From: Octopus sinensis
Taxonomy: Eukaryota
Direction: 5' to 3'
Assembly (NCBI RefSeq): GCF_006345805.1
Contig: NC_043019.1
Span: forward strand, 3,658,001-3,722,000
Length of the DNA: 64,000 bases
Under the pieces are notes generated by a model that saw nothing but the letters and a program-made list of their open reading frames with translations, was not told where the DNA came from and searched no databases. The position numbers and the translations under genes were made by a program. Shown piece after piece: positions 37,126 to 50,669 of this stretch. Position 1 is the first letter of the stretch. Each line of letters begins with the position of its first letter.

Positions 37126-37462
37126 ATTAGCCTTAGGAAACATCATTGGTGTGACTGAATACATCATAGGATGGTGGAGGGATAGACCCAGATAGCTCTT
37201 TACTATATTGATTTGAAAATACAATAGTTCTCTCCCTGCTTGCAATATATATTGTGAAGCATACTGAATAACCAGCGAGAGGAGGCGTTCTCCTGGGGTT
37301 AAAACAGCAGTATTGTCTGTTCTTATACAACACCCATTTTAGGTGGTGATTAAACATGACTTCTCTGTATACTGCTTTCATCTCTAATAGAAATTTTCTT
37401 AATGGAATAATTAATTTTTTGTTTGTTTTAAAGACAGACATTAAAAAAATATTTATAGAGAT

Positions 37463-37623
37463 GGCGCAGGAGTGGCTGTGTGGTAAGTAGCTTGTTTACC
37501 AACCACATGGTTCCGGGTTCAGTCCCACTGCGTGGCACCTTGGGCAATTCTTTTGTACTATAGCCTCGGGCCGACCAAAGCCTTGTGAGTGGATTTGGTA
37601 GACGGAAACTGAAAGAGCCCGTC

Positions 37624-37658
<35 letters not shown>

Positions 37659-37912
37659 AAAAGTAAAAAATATATACAAACTGGGACAAGAACGTGAAAC
37701 ACCTAGGAGACGACACATGTGTATGTTTGTGTCTGTGTTTGTCCCCCTAGCATTGCTTGACAACCAATGCTGGTGTGTCCCCGTCACTTAGCAGTTCGGC
37801 AAAAGAGACCGACAGAATAAGAGACAGAGAATAAGTCCCGGGGTCGAGTTGCTCGATTAAAGGTGGTGCTCCAGCATGGCCGCAGTCAAAATGACTGAAG
37901 CAAGTAAAAAGA
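37463..37912 (+). mobile_element. SINE family A, full length
   Basis: As above; short foreign insert at about 37655-37715. Confidence 0.85.
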
Positions 37913-38024
37913 GAGAGAAAAAAAAAGATATTTGATGTTGATTTATTGGAAAGCTTTTTTTTAAATTTGAGATTTCTTTGTTTTGGTCTTGCTCATCACA
38001 TTTGCCTATCTTTAATTTCAACAG

Positions 38025-38173
38025 TCAGATGCTTCAATGGACAATTCTAATGATAAAAAAAGCAAAACTCCATCTCCGTTTGAAGCAGGGGATGGTAGTG
38101 ATCTGGAGAAACAGGATGCTTTACAAACAAATGGAATCCTTCAAAACGGATTAGATGAAGACGACGGATATCG
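38025..38173 (+). CDS. pum: pum exon (149 nt): SDASMDNSNDKKSKTPSPFEAGDGSDLEKQDALQTNGILQNGLDEDDGYR
   Basis: caacag|TCA acceptor, CG|gtaagt donor; phases 0 and 2 fit the neighbours; TNG..QNG matches PUM1 TNGLPVQNGID. Confidence 0.93.
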
Positions 38174-39348
38174 GTAAGTTACTATAATTTGGTGTTGTTG
38201 TTCACTCTGTAACACTAATGCTTAAGAGTACCTTGTAAAGTTAAACGAAGAATTTTAATATGATTTTAATCAATGGAAAATGTACTGAGTCCTGTATTTG
38301 ATGGTATAAAAGAAGCACAGGCATAGAAAATGTGCCCCACTTCAGCAGTACATCATGTTTTCTATGCTGGCATGGGTTGGACAGCTTGATAAGTTGGCAA
38401 GCTGTAGGGCAGCACTAAGCCCCCGTCGTCTGTTTTTGCATGGTTTCTAAGGTTTTTGATGCCCTTCCTAAAGCCAACTATTTTATAGTGTATTGGGTGC
38501 ATCATCTCCTTAATGTCTGTTTTCCATGCTGGTGTGGGTTGACCAGGGCTGGAGAACTGCACCAGGTTCCAGAATGATTTGGCTTGGCTTCTATGGCCAG
38601 ATGCCCTTTCTAATGCCAACCACTTTACAGTATGTGCTGGGTGCTTTTAATCTGACACTGGCGTGAGTAGTGCTTTTTATGTGGCACAGAACTCCCGCAG
38701 GCCGATCTGCTACACAAGAATGCAAGTTATATGCCATGAAACACAGTATACTTGTACTGAACTTAAAAGATCATCATTTGTTTGTAGCTTATAGCCTCAT
38801 CTTGGGAGAAAAGATCTGTATAAATTTTGGGGAAGACTTCCTTGAAGGGGTCAGATTTATGATATCTTCTCTAGGACCATAGAAAGACTCGAACTCTGCT
38901 CTACAAGTTGACAGATATTGTTCCATACAGTGGTGCCTATTTGCAATTGGATAGACTGAGCTGTCTTTATTTTGGACAAGTGCAGCATCGCCAGAGGTGC
39001 AAATGACCATATTTCATGGTATAAAAGAGGCACACAGGTGTATTAGACAGATCAATCAATTTCTACAGCACATGTTCAAGGAGAAAGTTTGTAACATATT
39101 AATGCGTGTAATATCTAAATGCTTAGCGGTTTTTCCTCTGCCGTTATGTTCTGAGTTCAAATTCCACCATGGTCGACTTTGCCTTTCATCCTTTTGGGGG
39201 TCGATAAATTAAATACCAGTTACGCACTGGGGTCGATGTAATCGACTTAATCCCTTTGTTTGTCCCTCTATGTTTACCCCATTGTGGGCATGAAAAAAAA
39301 ATATCTAAAGCATTTTAGCATATAGGATGAGCAGTGGATTTTTTTTAA

Positions 39349-39570
39349 CCCTTTCGTTACTGTATTTATTTTGAGATGCTCTGTGTTTCTTTCAATTAAT
39401 TTTAAATATAACAAAGAATTTAGTAAAATAACTTAGTTATCATTCAGTTAGTGTTAGGAACATAAATTGTGACTAAGGTTTGGTGGAAGATTTAAATTCA
39501 AAACTTATGAAAACAGGACATTTGTACTACAAAGCTAGGGCCAGTTTCAGCTGGGTTGGTATCAAAAGGG
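39349..39570 (+). mobile_element. MITE family 1 monomer
   Basis: Same termini and body as the 31060 copy. Confidence 0.85.
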
Positions 39571-40322
39571 TTTAAGCCCTTTTCCTGATAATAGGGTATT
39601 TTATGCCAGCGTTATTGTTTAATGTCTGTTTTCCATACTGGCATAGTTTGGATGGTTTGAGAAGAATTAGCCACCTGGAGAGCTGTGCAGGCTCCAGTTA
39701 TGTTTTGGCATGGTTTTTACAGATGGATGCCCTTCCTAACGCTAACCATTTTTCATGGTGTGCTGAGTGCATCATTCGTGGCACTGGCACAAAAACAAAG
39801 GCCCCTTGGCGAGGGAATGGAGTGGGGGCATGGCCATAAGGGACATGCTTGTATGGCTATGATTTTACTTGGTGTGTCTTCTCCAGTACAGCAAATCACC
39901 AGAGGTCTTGGATTTCTCAACTGGGATCCGTATAAGATTGCCAGGTGGTTGTGGTGGTGTCCAGATGCAATATAATAAATTGAGGGGCCACAGTAATTTT
40001 TCGGGGGACATGAAAAAATTTTGTGTCAGACCCGTGAAGTTTATGTGCAATAAATTGGTTAAATGTCCACAATACACAAAATATTTTAATTTTTATACAA
40101 GTCCTAATATTTAATTATAAATAGGATTTTTTAAACATTGAATGTCCACTTAAGTAAAATAGGAATCATGGGGGTTCATAGGTAAGGAATGGTTGAGAAG
40201 CCCTGTTCTAAAAGAAATAGCTTATTTCCCTCATTTTGGACCTAACCATTTTAAAATAATGGAAGGCATGTTAGAGAACACAAATATGTGAGGGTGTTGA
40301 CTGGAATGTTTTTGGTCCTAGG

Positions 40323-42177
40323 TCTGTGAATCATCATTTAGTGTCTGCTTTTCATGCTGGCATGGGTTAGACAGTTTGACTGAAAACTGGTAAGCTGGAG
40401 GGTTACACCAGGTTCCAATCTGGTTTGGCATGGTTTCTACAACTGCACGCCCTTTCCAACTGTTACATATTAAAGATGCTTTAGGGTCTCTGTTCCACTG
40501 CGTGACATCCTGGGTAATTAATTGTAAAGGCACTGGCAGCACTGTGGTTCAGAAGTTCGCTTGGCAACCATATGATTTTGGGTTTAGGCCTATGCAGTAC
40601 TTTTGATGATTTTCTTCTGCTATAGCTGCGGGCCAGCCAAAGCAGATTTGGTTAGCAGGAACTGCAAAGAAGCCCATCATGTTTATATATGTGTATATGG
40701 AAGTTGATTTGGGGCATAGACAACAAACTATTTTGTAATTATTGTTCTTCAGTTGTTCTATTATTGTTCTTTTATTACCGTCTTTCATTTGTAAACGATA
40801 AATGCTAATATTTGTGTTATGTATTGAAAACTGCTTTTACATATTTTTCACTTTTAATATACTCTATTGTGTTTATGTACACTGATATTGTACATATTTC
40901 AGCGGAAGCCGCCAGAACTCCCCTATCGATGAAGTGAAGGTGAACCAACCTACCATCTTGGTGGATGGGCAAAAATTGATGAAGTCGGAGTCAGATTTTC
41001 TTGAAGCTCAGCATACTCTGGCTCAACAAGGGTTTCAAATTGATCCTAATACATTTGAGCCTGTTGCTATTGATCCCCTTCATTTTGACTACCCTAATCA
41101 CTTGATGCCATCAATGGACAGTCCAAACTTCAACATGGATTACACTCAGGTATGTTATTGTCCCCTAATTAATTAACTGGGGGTTTTTTTTTCACTTCAC
41201 CTGTCTCATTTTTTTATCCCATCATTGTTGTATCTCATATATGGTCCCTTTATTCTTCATTGTCAGGAAATTTATCAAAGTTTATGGTTAGTCGCGAAAA
41301 AGTTTTGATTTTAAAGTTGCATGGTCATGTATTGATGCTTGGCTTCCCAATCATGTAGCCATTAGTTCAATCCCATGGCACGGCACTTTTAACAAGTGTT
41401 GTCTACTACAGCCCTAGGCTGACCAAACCCTTGTGAGTGGATCTGGCAGGTGGAAATTGAAAGAAGCTCATATTGTATATTTGTGTGTGTGTGTAGACAT
41501 TACATGATGGTTGAAAATGAGCATCAAAGCTAGGCTGTTCATTGCAGTCTTCCATGAGAAACCTCTCTAGCAAGGGGTGGGGGAATATTGCCTTGCTCAG
41601 AAACAGGTAGGGGTTGGTGACAGGGAAGATAATCAGTTGCAGAAAACTTGCTTCACCAAATTCCGATTGATCCATTCATGTATAAAATAATGGATGTTGA
41701 ACAACAATGAAGAATTGGAAATCAGTTGTACTCAGTGAAGTTGTCATGTCTTTAGGGGCCACCATTTAAAGTGTAATTTTTAAAATCAGATTTGTCCTTA
41801 TATCTGTGAATCATCATTTAGTGTCTGCTTTTCATGCTGGCATGGGTTAGACAGTTTGACTGAAAACTGGTAAGCTGGAGGGTTACACCCGGTTCCAATC
41901 TGGTTTGGCATGGTTTCTACAACTGCACACCCTTTCCAACTGTTACATATTAAGATGTTTTGGGTCTCTGTTCCACTGCGTGGCATCCTGGGTAATTAAT
42001 TGTAAAGGCACTGGCACCACTGTGGTTCAGAAGTTTGCTTGGCAACCATATGATTTTGGTTTCGGTCCTATACAGTACTTTGGATGATTGTCTTCTGCTA
42101 TAGCTGCGGGCCAGCCAAAGCAGATTTGGTTAGCAGGAACTGAAAAGAAGCCCATCATGTTTATATATGTGTATATG
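40323..42177 (+). repeat. about 376-bp direct duplication (40323-40699 and 41803-42177) flanking the 40903 exon
   Basis: Near-identical sequence including the junction between two old SINE fragments. Confidence 0.92.
40903..41149 (+). CDS. pum: pum exon (247 nt): GSRQNSPIDEVKVNQPTILVDGQKLMK..DPLHFDYPNHLMPSMDSPNFNMDYTQ
   Basis: tttcag acceptor, CAG|gtatgt donor, phase 2-0; DPLHFDY resembles PUM1 EPLQFDY. Confidence 0.94.
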
Positions 42178-43045
42178 TTTGTGCACATCTATGGTTGTTG
42201 TTGGCATTTGTCAGTAGCTTGTCTGTTCCCTTTGTGCCTTTGAAATGAGAGAAACAAGTCAGGATCATGAAGGGCATCTGTAAATCAGTGCCTGATAAAC
42301 ATATTTGTTTAACCCAGGCTAGCATGGAAAGACACATGTAAAGTGAGCAAATGTTCCCCTGTTGCACACGCTTGCACATCATTTTCCGTCCACTTTCCCA
42401 TGCTTGCTTGGATCAGACGGAATGTTTCGAAGCACGTTTTCGATGGCCACATTGCATTTCCTGCCACCAACCCTCAACTGTTATTAATCAGGTGTTTTCC
42501 ACAAAAGTCTGGAAACGTGTGACAGTTATGCTTATTTACGACCATCACATACAGGAAGCCAGGACAAGAGTACACACACACAGCTTAAAATTCCTGCCTA
42601 CCAAATGTATTCTCAAGACTTTGGTTAATCACACAGTTGAAAGTAGGCTTCTTAATCACATAGCCATGCTGTGTGTGTGTGTGTGTGTGTGTGTATACAT
42701 ACATATAATAGTGGACTCTCGTCATTAGACGACATACGACGGTTTGACAATTTCTTAGCGAACAACCACACATGCGATTTGCTTATACTGATCAAAGTAT
42801 TTGTGTAGACATAAGCTCACTCCCTCCATCAGATGGACATTACCTGTACAGGTGCAACGGGTGCCACATGTCAGATGTCAGTGTGATTGCAGAGCAACAC
42901 GGAATGAAGTGCTTTGCTCAAGAACACAACATGACGCAGCACCTGGTCTGGGAATTGATCTCACGTTCTCGCAGTCATGAGTGCAACATCTTAACCACTA
43001 GGCCAAGCACTTACACTCTCTCCCTCCCCCCCTCTCTCTCTCTCT

Positions 43046-43087
<42 letters not shown>

Positions 43088-43163
43088 TATAAAAATTGTA
43101 TGTATGTATTTGTACTTTTGTTATTGTATAAAGTTCTATATTGGACTCTAATCTATTTTTCAG

Positions 43164-43242
43164 CTTCTTCAGCGTCAACAACAGCCTATTGCAGTACTCA
43201 CACAGCAACAGTATGCTCTGGCTGCCCAGCAGCAGCAATTAG
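43164..43242 (+). CDS. pum: pum exon (79 nt): LLQRQQQPIAVLTQQQYALAAQQQQL
   Basis: ttttcag acceptor, AG|gtatgc donor; matches PUM1 LFQRPN..QQQQYALAAAHQPHI. Confidence 0.94.
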
Positions 43243-43613
43243 GTATGCAAATTTGACAATTTTCTATTTTGCTATCTTTTATATATTTTTCAAAAAAATT
43301 TTCAAAAATTTCGTCAGTGACTATTTAGTTCAAAAGATGAGATCTCAAACTGTCTATGTAGTCCTAGATAACTGACATTTACATTTATTTATTTATTCTG
43401 GTTATCTGATATTCAATAGCCAATTTTGAAATGTTTTAAAATTTGTTTTGAAATTGTCAAGTGTAAGTTTTTCACTGTAACAGAAACCCCCCTCCACCTA
43501 AGTCGCTGTTAATGATGCATTATTTGTGCATGTGTGATTAATTTTTGCTTGTTTGTTTTAAGTATTGTCTGTTTGTTCAGATGTGTAAAAATTCTCATAT
43601 TTCACAATGAGGT

Positions 43614-43660
<47 letters not shown>

Positions 43661-44361
43661 AAATCATGAAAGGAACTGTTTTTTTTTTTATATATATCGT
43701 TACTGTAATTATCAAATCATTTGATTACTTTACAGTTTTAGTTTGCATGACTCTCTTGAAAGTCACCGAGATAATATCTACCTATATAGACACCAAAATT
43801 ATTTATTCCCTGTACTGCTTTTACTCCTCTGCCCTACTTTCTTTCACCCCTTTCAATATTGTGCCCCACTTGGTTATGGTGGATGGTCTTATCTTGCCTG
43901 TACTTGGTGACCTCGCTGCTTTCAATGCCAAGAAGGAAAGCACTCACCCAGTACACTCTGGAAAGTAGTTGGTGTTAGGAAGGGCATCCAGTTATTGAAA
44001 CCATGCCCAAAACGGACTTTTATGCTTGGTATAAATCCTTCAACTTGTCGGGTCCTCTCAAATAGTCCGATTCATGCCAGGTGGAAAACTGACATTAAAT
44101 AAGGATGATGAAATTTTGGAAGGAGTAACAATATTGATTTCATTTTGTTTGAAATGTTTTTTTTAGTGTAGATGAGATGAGAGTTGGTCAGTTTTGTTGC
44201 TGTAGGACTTAGTCTTATGTTCACAGTAAAATGATAGTCTTTGTGTGCAGAACTCTAAACATTTTGATCATACACCCTGTTTCGTATCATATCTAGTCCA
44301 TCTGTAGGTGGCAGTTTCAGAAGACAATTTGCTAAATTTAAAGTATGTAAATAAAAAAAAT

Positions 44362-44712
44362 TGTGTGGTAAGTAGCTTGCTTACCAACCACATGGTTCCG
44401 GGTTCAGTCTCACTGCGTGGCACCTTGGGCAAGTGTCTTCTACTATAGCCTCGGGCCGACCAAAGCCTTGTGAGTGGATTTGGTAGACGGAAACTGAAAG
44501 AACCCCGTCGTATATATATGTATATGTATATTTGTGTGTCTGTGTTTGTCCCACCAGCATCACCTGACAACCGATGCTGGTGTGTTTATGTCCCCGTCAC
44601 TTAGCGGTTCGGCAAAAGAGACCGATAGAATAAGTCTTGGGGTCAATTTGCTCGACTAAAAGGCGGTGCTCCAGCATGGCCGCAGTCAAATGACTGAAAC
44701 AAGTAAAAGAGA
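44362..44712 (+). mobile_element. SINE family A
   Basis: As above. Confidence 0.85.
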
Positions 44713-45156
44713 GTAATGGGGACATTTATCATTATTGATGAGTTTCCGATACCAACATTTCATTTAAAAAAAAAAATTACGGTATATTGGTGTATTGAGT
44801 TAAAATGTTTGACTCACTTTTCAATTACTTTGAAGTTGTCCCGTGATTTAAGGAAAATCCTTCAAGAATTCATGCAAATAGTGTAATAGGTATGTGTGCA
44901 TGTGCACAGATGCAGGAATATTAGTGAATTCTTCCTAAACAGTATTTTATTCTTTCTCATTGGAATTGAGACTTTGGCTGAGCCATGTATGATCAAAGAC
45001 TAAAGCTGAATGATGAAACTAAGTTCTGGCATTATTGCACTCCAATATATTGTCCACCTGGGCTAATATGCTCTTGAAAACATGGACCACTACACAAGAT
45101 ATGTAGTTGACTATGGTAAACTAGGAGTAATTTGATGGAAGTCTTCACATATTTAT

Positions 45157-45478
45157 TGGCAGAATCGTTAGCACGCTGGGCGAAATGCATAGCCGTATTT
45201 CGTCTTCTGTTACGTTCTGAGTTCAGATTCCACCGAGGTCGACTTTGCCTTTCATCCTTTCAGGGTTGATAAATTAAGTACCAGTTACGCACTGGGGTCG
45301 ATGTAATCGACTTAATCCCTCTGTTTGTCCTCTCTGTGTTTAGCTCCTTGTGGGTAGTAAAGAAATAGGTATTTCGTCTGCTGTTATGTTCTGAGTTCAA
45401 ATTCCACCGAGGTCGACTTTGCCTTTCATCCTTCCTGGGTTGATAAATTAAGTGCCAGTTACGCACTGGGGTCGATGG
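45157..45478 (+). mobile_element. SINE family B dimer, second unit truncated
   Basis: Junction GGTATTTC at 45368. Confidence 0.8.
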
Positions 45479-45580
45479 AAATCAGGGTGGTCCTATATGT
45501 CCGGTTCATTCTCTAATAGGTTCACATTTATTATATATTCGTATATTTTTATCTTTGAAATCTGTGTATATATTTATATA

Positions 45581-45629
<49 letters not shown>

Positions 45630-45670
45630 CTGCATGTGTTTGTGTGTGTTTATGTGTTTGTATGTATGTG

Positions 45671-46040
45671 TAGGAGTGGCTGTGTTAAGTAGCTTGCTTA
45701 AGAACCACATGGATCTGGGTTCAATCCCACCAAGTGGCACCTTGGACAAATGTCTTCTACTATAGCCTCAGGTCGACCAAAGCCTTGTGAGTGGATTTGG
45801 TAGACGGAAACTGAAAGAAGCCCGTCGTGTATATATATGTTTGTGTGTCTGTGTTTGTCCCCCCCAACATCGCTTGACAACCGATGCTGGTGTTTACGTC
45901 CCCATAATCTTGTGGCTCGGCAAAAGTGGACGATAGAATAAGTACTATGCTTCCAAAGAATGCCCTGGGGTTGATTTGCTCGACTAAAGGCAGTGCTCCA
46001 GCATGGCCGCAGTCACATGACTGAAACAAGTAAGAGAGTA
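45671..46040 (+). mobile_element. SINE family A
   Basis: As above. Confidence 0.8.
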
Positions 46041-46261
46041 TAGTGTATATTGTGTATGTATGTATATATATATATACACAGACACACACACACACACACA
46101 CACACAACTACAGCTGGCTATTATCAATAAAGGTTTTAGTTGCCAATTTTGTACAAGACATTGTAGATCTTTAGCTGGGCTAAAAAGTCACATTCGATCA
46201 CAGCACCTGTGACAGTTAAGCTTCGTGCAATGGCCATACTCGACAACGAGGGGGCAGCCAT

Positions 46262-46292
<31 letters not shown>

Positions 46293-46341
46293 GTGTGTAT
46301 ATGTGTGTGTGTGTTTCAATATGTGTATGTATATGTATATA

Positions 46342-47190
46342 CTAGCTGTTGTACCCGGTCCGGTGTTGCTCAGTTTTTCTGTGTTAAGGATAAAAGTATA
46401 AGTCCATGCTGTTGTAACTGTTGCCTGGTGAAATTTCTCTCTGAATTTTACGGATGACATCATGCCTGAGGTACCCGATAATTCCCAGCTTGATTGGAGT
46501 GTAGTTCAATTGCATGCTAAATGTCTATTAATTTTATAATTTCCCCTGCTCATGCGCAAATATCTCCCCCTCCCCCCGTCAACTCTACATGCCGTATCAA
46601 ACTTATGGACATAAACTGTAATCATGTATAAGATATCTTAAAAATCAATAGCATAGTCTCTGAAAAAGGCTGATACATGCTTGTGCCGTTCCAGTTCCTC
46701 TGGACTTGAATTAACCCCCCCCTACCACAAAATTTACCTAAATCGCAAATTTCATTAAAATCAAATGAAAACTATAAAAGTTAGGGCCAAAACTAAAATC
46801 CATATGGGGATTTGCATGCAAAAAGCCTATTCATTTTATAAAACCACTGCTCAGGCACAATTATTTTTCTTTGTTAATGCCATATACTGACATCAACTCA
46901 CTGCCATGTGCCTTGCTCACTCATTGATTTTCATAAGAATTGGACAAAAGATGCAAAACCTGTAGGGAAATTATGGGAATTTCCATTCAAATGCCCGATT
47001 GAGCTCCCAAAAATCGATGCCAACTGAGCGTTATCAAGTTTTCGAAAAATTCTGGCTTTGTTTGAACTTCAGGACATGTGATCTACCTATGTGCCTAAAA
47101 TTATTAAAATCAGTTGGATGGTGTGAGAGGAGTTAGAGTAACCCGAAACACAGACAGTGACAGACACCATTACATACATATATATATATA
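46342..47190 (-). mobile_element. probable Helitron-derived element (third family)
   Basis: a|CTAGCTGTTGTACCCGG end and an opposite end ggagttagagtaacccgaaacacagac similar to families A and B. Confidence 0.5.
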
Positions 47191-47508
47191 CACGTAAAAG
47201 CTCCATCCGTTCGTGGCCGTTGCCAGCTCCGTCTGGCACCTGTGCGGGTGGCACGTAAAAAGCACCCACTTGGCGTTAGGAAGGGCATCCAGCCGTAGAA
47301 ACACTGCCAGATCAGAGTGGGCCTGATGCAGCCTTCTGGCTTCCCAGACCCCAGTTGAACCGTCCAACCCATGCTAGCATGGAAAGCGGACGCTAAATGA
47401 TGATGATGTGTGTGTGTGTATATATACACATATATATATATGCTTGAAATTTACAGTAAAACAAAACATGAGGTATATTAGTTTGATGCTCAGGAAGGTG
47501 AAAAAGAT

Positions 47509-47545
47509 TTTTTATGTTTTGAGCCTATGCTCTTCAACAGAAAGG
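47509..47545 (-). ncRNA. decayed copy of the 21021 hammerhead family
   Basis: Minus strand CTGTTGAAGAGCATAGGCTCAAAAC with G12 changed to A; shares the upstream flank tattag..gctcaggaa with the 21 kb copy. Confidence 0.45.
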
Positions 47546-47834
47546 AATACTAGGAAACAAGCAGAGGAAATAAAAGAGCTTTTGGAGTTAGCGGTCGATC
47601 ATATGTGTATGTATATATATCTTCTACATATGCGGGAAATTCTGAGTGTGTTTGTGGAGTTGTTAGCTAACTCCTCCTACATCGTTCTATCGATTTCGAT
47701 GAAACTTGACATGTGATTGGAACTCATGTCTGGAAATCTCATAGCATACTCATAATAGGGCCACTGGAAGGGATCCTTATATATTTGTCACTTTAACAGC
47801 CAGGGGGGATAATCCATAGTAATTTATATATGTC

Positions 47835-47865
<31 letters not shown>

Positions 47866-48697
47866 ATGCTTGTGTGTATATATATATATACATATATATA
47901 TATATGTTTCTTTGTTTGTTTATATGTATGTCTATATCTATGTGTGTTTGTGTATGCGCATGTGTGTATATATATATATTTTGATGTATGTATATATATA
48001 TCTATATATGTGTGTATGAGCGTGTGTGTATGTGTGCATGTGTATCCGTTTGTGTGTGTGTGTGTATATATGTATGTATATAACATTACATAATAAGGGT
48101 AGAAATTGATATTAATCAATTAAAACCAGTGGCTTAGAAAATTTAAAAATCCAAAGATTAAACATTTTATTACATACAAAATTAAGGATGACCTCTAAAG
48201 TGGACACCTAATATGTTAAATATAGATGTCAAATCGCCATTACCATGAAGTGTGTGTTCTCGAGAAATTTTTTTTAGCAGAACTCCAAAATGAGCAAGAC
48301 AAATGAAAATATACAAAATAAAAAAGGATTACCTACGTACCATGGTTTCATTTGTTACTTAGCAAAGTAGGAGTCCCCTTCAGTGGCCATTCCTGTAAAT
48401 TTTGTATGTATATATATATTTACGTATTTTGTATGTATATATATATATATGTATGTATATATGTATGTATTTACATCAACGTACATATATATGTATGTGT
48501 GTGTGTGTATGTATATATGTATGTATTTACATCTACGTACATATATATGTATGTGTGTGTGTATGTATATATGTATGTATTTACATCTACGTACATATAT
48601 GTGTGTGTGTGTGTATATATATATACGTACGTATGTATACATACATGTATGTATACATATCTATCTACTTCTGTGTGTGTGTGTGTATATATATATG

Positions 48698-48766
<69 letters not shown>

Positions 48767-48785
48767 ATATATATATATATACATA

Positions 48786-49142
48786 CTAGCACTATGACCG
48801 GCAACGCTGGGTCATAGTGCTAGTGCATGCATATACAGCTGCATGCTTGCGCACATGCACGTGAGTACTGTCCAAATCTCCGACCAATCACATACAGCTA
48901 GCTGGCATTCAATTGGTGTATCAAGTTTCGGGCATTTTGATTGGGTTTTGGATAAAAATTCACAAAAAAAGTCACTTCTATTGATTTTTTAATGGCTTTG
49001 CAGGGTGACTGGGGAAATGTAAAGATGTGCACGAGCACCCTTGGACAGTTTTGAATGGCCATAGAAAGTCCGAGCCCTCTAATTGAAAAATTGTGGATTT
49101 GTATAAAGGACACACGCAGACATTTTACCGTTTATATATAGA
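48786..49142 (-). mobile_element. non-autonomous Helitron family B
   Basis: Perfect 14-bp arms CTAGCACTATGACC / GGTCATAGTGCTAG (48786-48823). Confidence 0.8.
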
Positions 49143-49190
49143 ATTATAATAAGAGATATATATATATCCACACACACACACACAGATATA

Positions 49191-49460
49191 GTCTTGCGTA
49201 TTTACGTATTGGATGTACATTTTGTGCAATCATGTATCGGATGTACGTCTTGCCTATTTATGTATCGGACGTACGTCTTGCGTATTTATGGATCGGACGT
49301 ACGCCTTGCGTATCTATGGAGTCGCCGTACGTCTTGCGTCTTTATGGATTGTACGTACGTCTTGCCTATTTGTGTATTGGATGTACATCTTATGTACTTG
49401 CATTTATCAGATGTATGTCCTATGTATTTGCATTTATTGGACATACATCTTATATGTATA
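49191..49460. repeat. 28-bp CpG-rich minisatellite, about 9-10 units
   Basis: Unit approximately GGACGTACGTCTTGCGTATTTATGTATC. Confidence 0.85.
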
Positions 49461-49763
49461 CTAGCAGTATCGCCCGGCGTTGCTCGGGTTTATAAGGGAA
49501 ATAACTATATAAGCATTTTTAGAGAGTTACTTCCCTTATATAAACCGAGCAAAAAATGCATTAAAAATGCAGAAAAATAGTGGTAGATTTTCTTTTAAAT
49601 CATAGACTCATCGTAGACGCACGCTAATACCCAGAAGGGCTCGATATGAATCACGACTATAAGATACCCGGTTTTGGTTAAAATGCACCGCAAAATGTGG
49701 GAGTAGTTCGGAATCTAAATCGGAGTCGACAGACACACACAACTTCAGTTTTATATATAAAGA
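49461..49763 (-). mobile_element. non-autonomous Helitron family A
   Basis: Same termini; body shared with the 56375 and 59434 copies. Confidence 0.85.
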
Positions 49764-50194
49764 TATCTATATATATCGTACATATACATTATATATTTGT
49801 ATATTAGTTCTATGGATATATTGGTGTAACAGTTATTCGTATATGCATATTTTGGTGTAATAAATACTTGTATACACATATATTGGTATACTATTTACTT
49901 ACATATTATATATGTATATTATATACACATATTTGTGTGTGTTTGTATATTGTATGTGCCTATGTAATTTATGTTTAGATATGTATCTGATTTGTGTGTG
50001 TATGTATATAATATATGATGTATATTACTCTATATATGTCTAAATATGCACATTATATGTATGTATATACTATACATATATATCTGTATTTGTATATTAG
50101 ATATATTTTTGTTTTTGTTTTATATTATATATGTTATATATATTTATATATGAATATTGTGTGTTTGTGTATATGTGCGAATGTGTGATATATA

Positions 50195-50428
50195 AGGCGG
50201 CGAGCTGGCAGAACTGTTAGCACGCCGGGTGAAATGCGTAGCCGTATTTCGTCTGCCGTTACTTCCTGAGTTCAAATCCCGCCAAGGTCGACTTTGCCTT
50301 TCATCCTTTCGGGGTCGATAAATTAAGTACCAGTTACGCACTGGGGTCGTTGTAATCGACTCAATCCGTTAGTCTGTCCTTGTTTGTCCCCTCTATGTTT
50401 AGCCCCTTGTGGGCAATAAAGAAAGAGA
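50195..50428 (+). mobile_element. SINE family B monomer
   Basis: As above; other plus copies at about 34945-35080 and 39115-39295. Confidence 0.85.
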
Positions 50429-50461
50429 TATATCGATATATTGCATTTCCTATATACATAA

Positions 50462-50547
<86 letters not shown>

Positions 50548-50669
50548 TCAGTGAGTGGAGCAAGACTTAAATGTGTGTAGTATTTGTTGCATGTTTATGT
50601 GCATGGCTTACATTGTGTGCTGTGCTCCTCTTTACTTAAGCTTGCCTCCTACTCCTCCTCCTCCCGCAG

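Noticed and set aside
37133-37441. 102-aa minus-strand ORF containing PPSY
   Set aside because: No recognisable family, intronic and antisense; the motif is likely chance.
44308-44342. 35-nt frameshifting exon candidate (ctgtag|GTGGC..AAA|gtatgt)
   Set aside because: Weak pyrimidine tract and no supporting motifs; such pairs occur by chance in 60 kb. Only junction reads could rescue it.
48400-48780. Many perfect Pumilio elements (TGTATATA) in introns suggesting autoregulation
   Set aside because: They arise automatically at (TG)/(TA) microsatellite junctions, which are common throughout the window, and they are intronic.
48352-48817. ORFs of 120-145 aa rich in Y/I/C/V, and similar short ORFs throughout
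   Set aside because: Produced by (TA)n and (TG)n microsatellites or SINE bodies; no protein signal.
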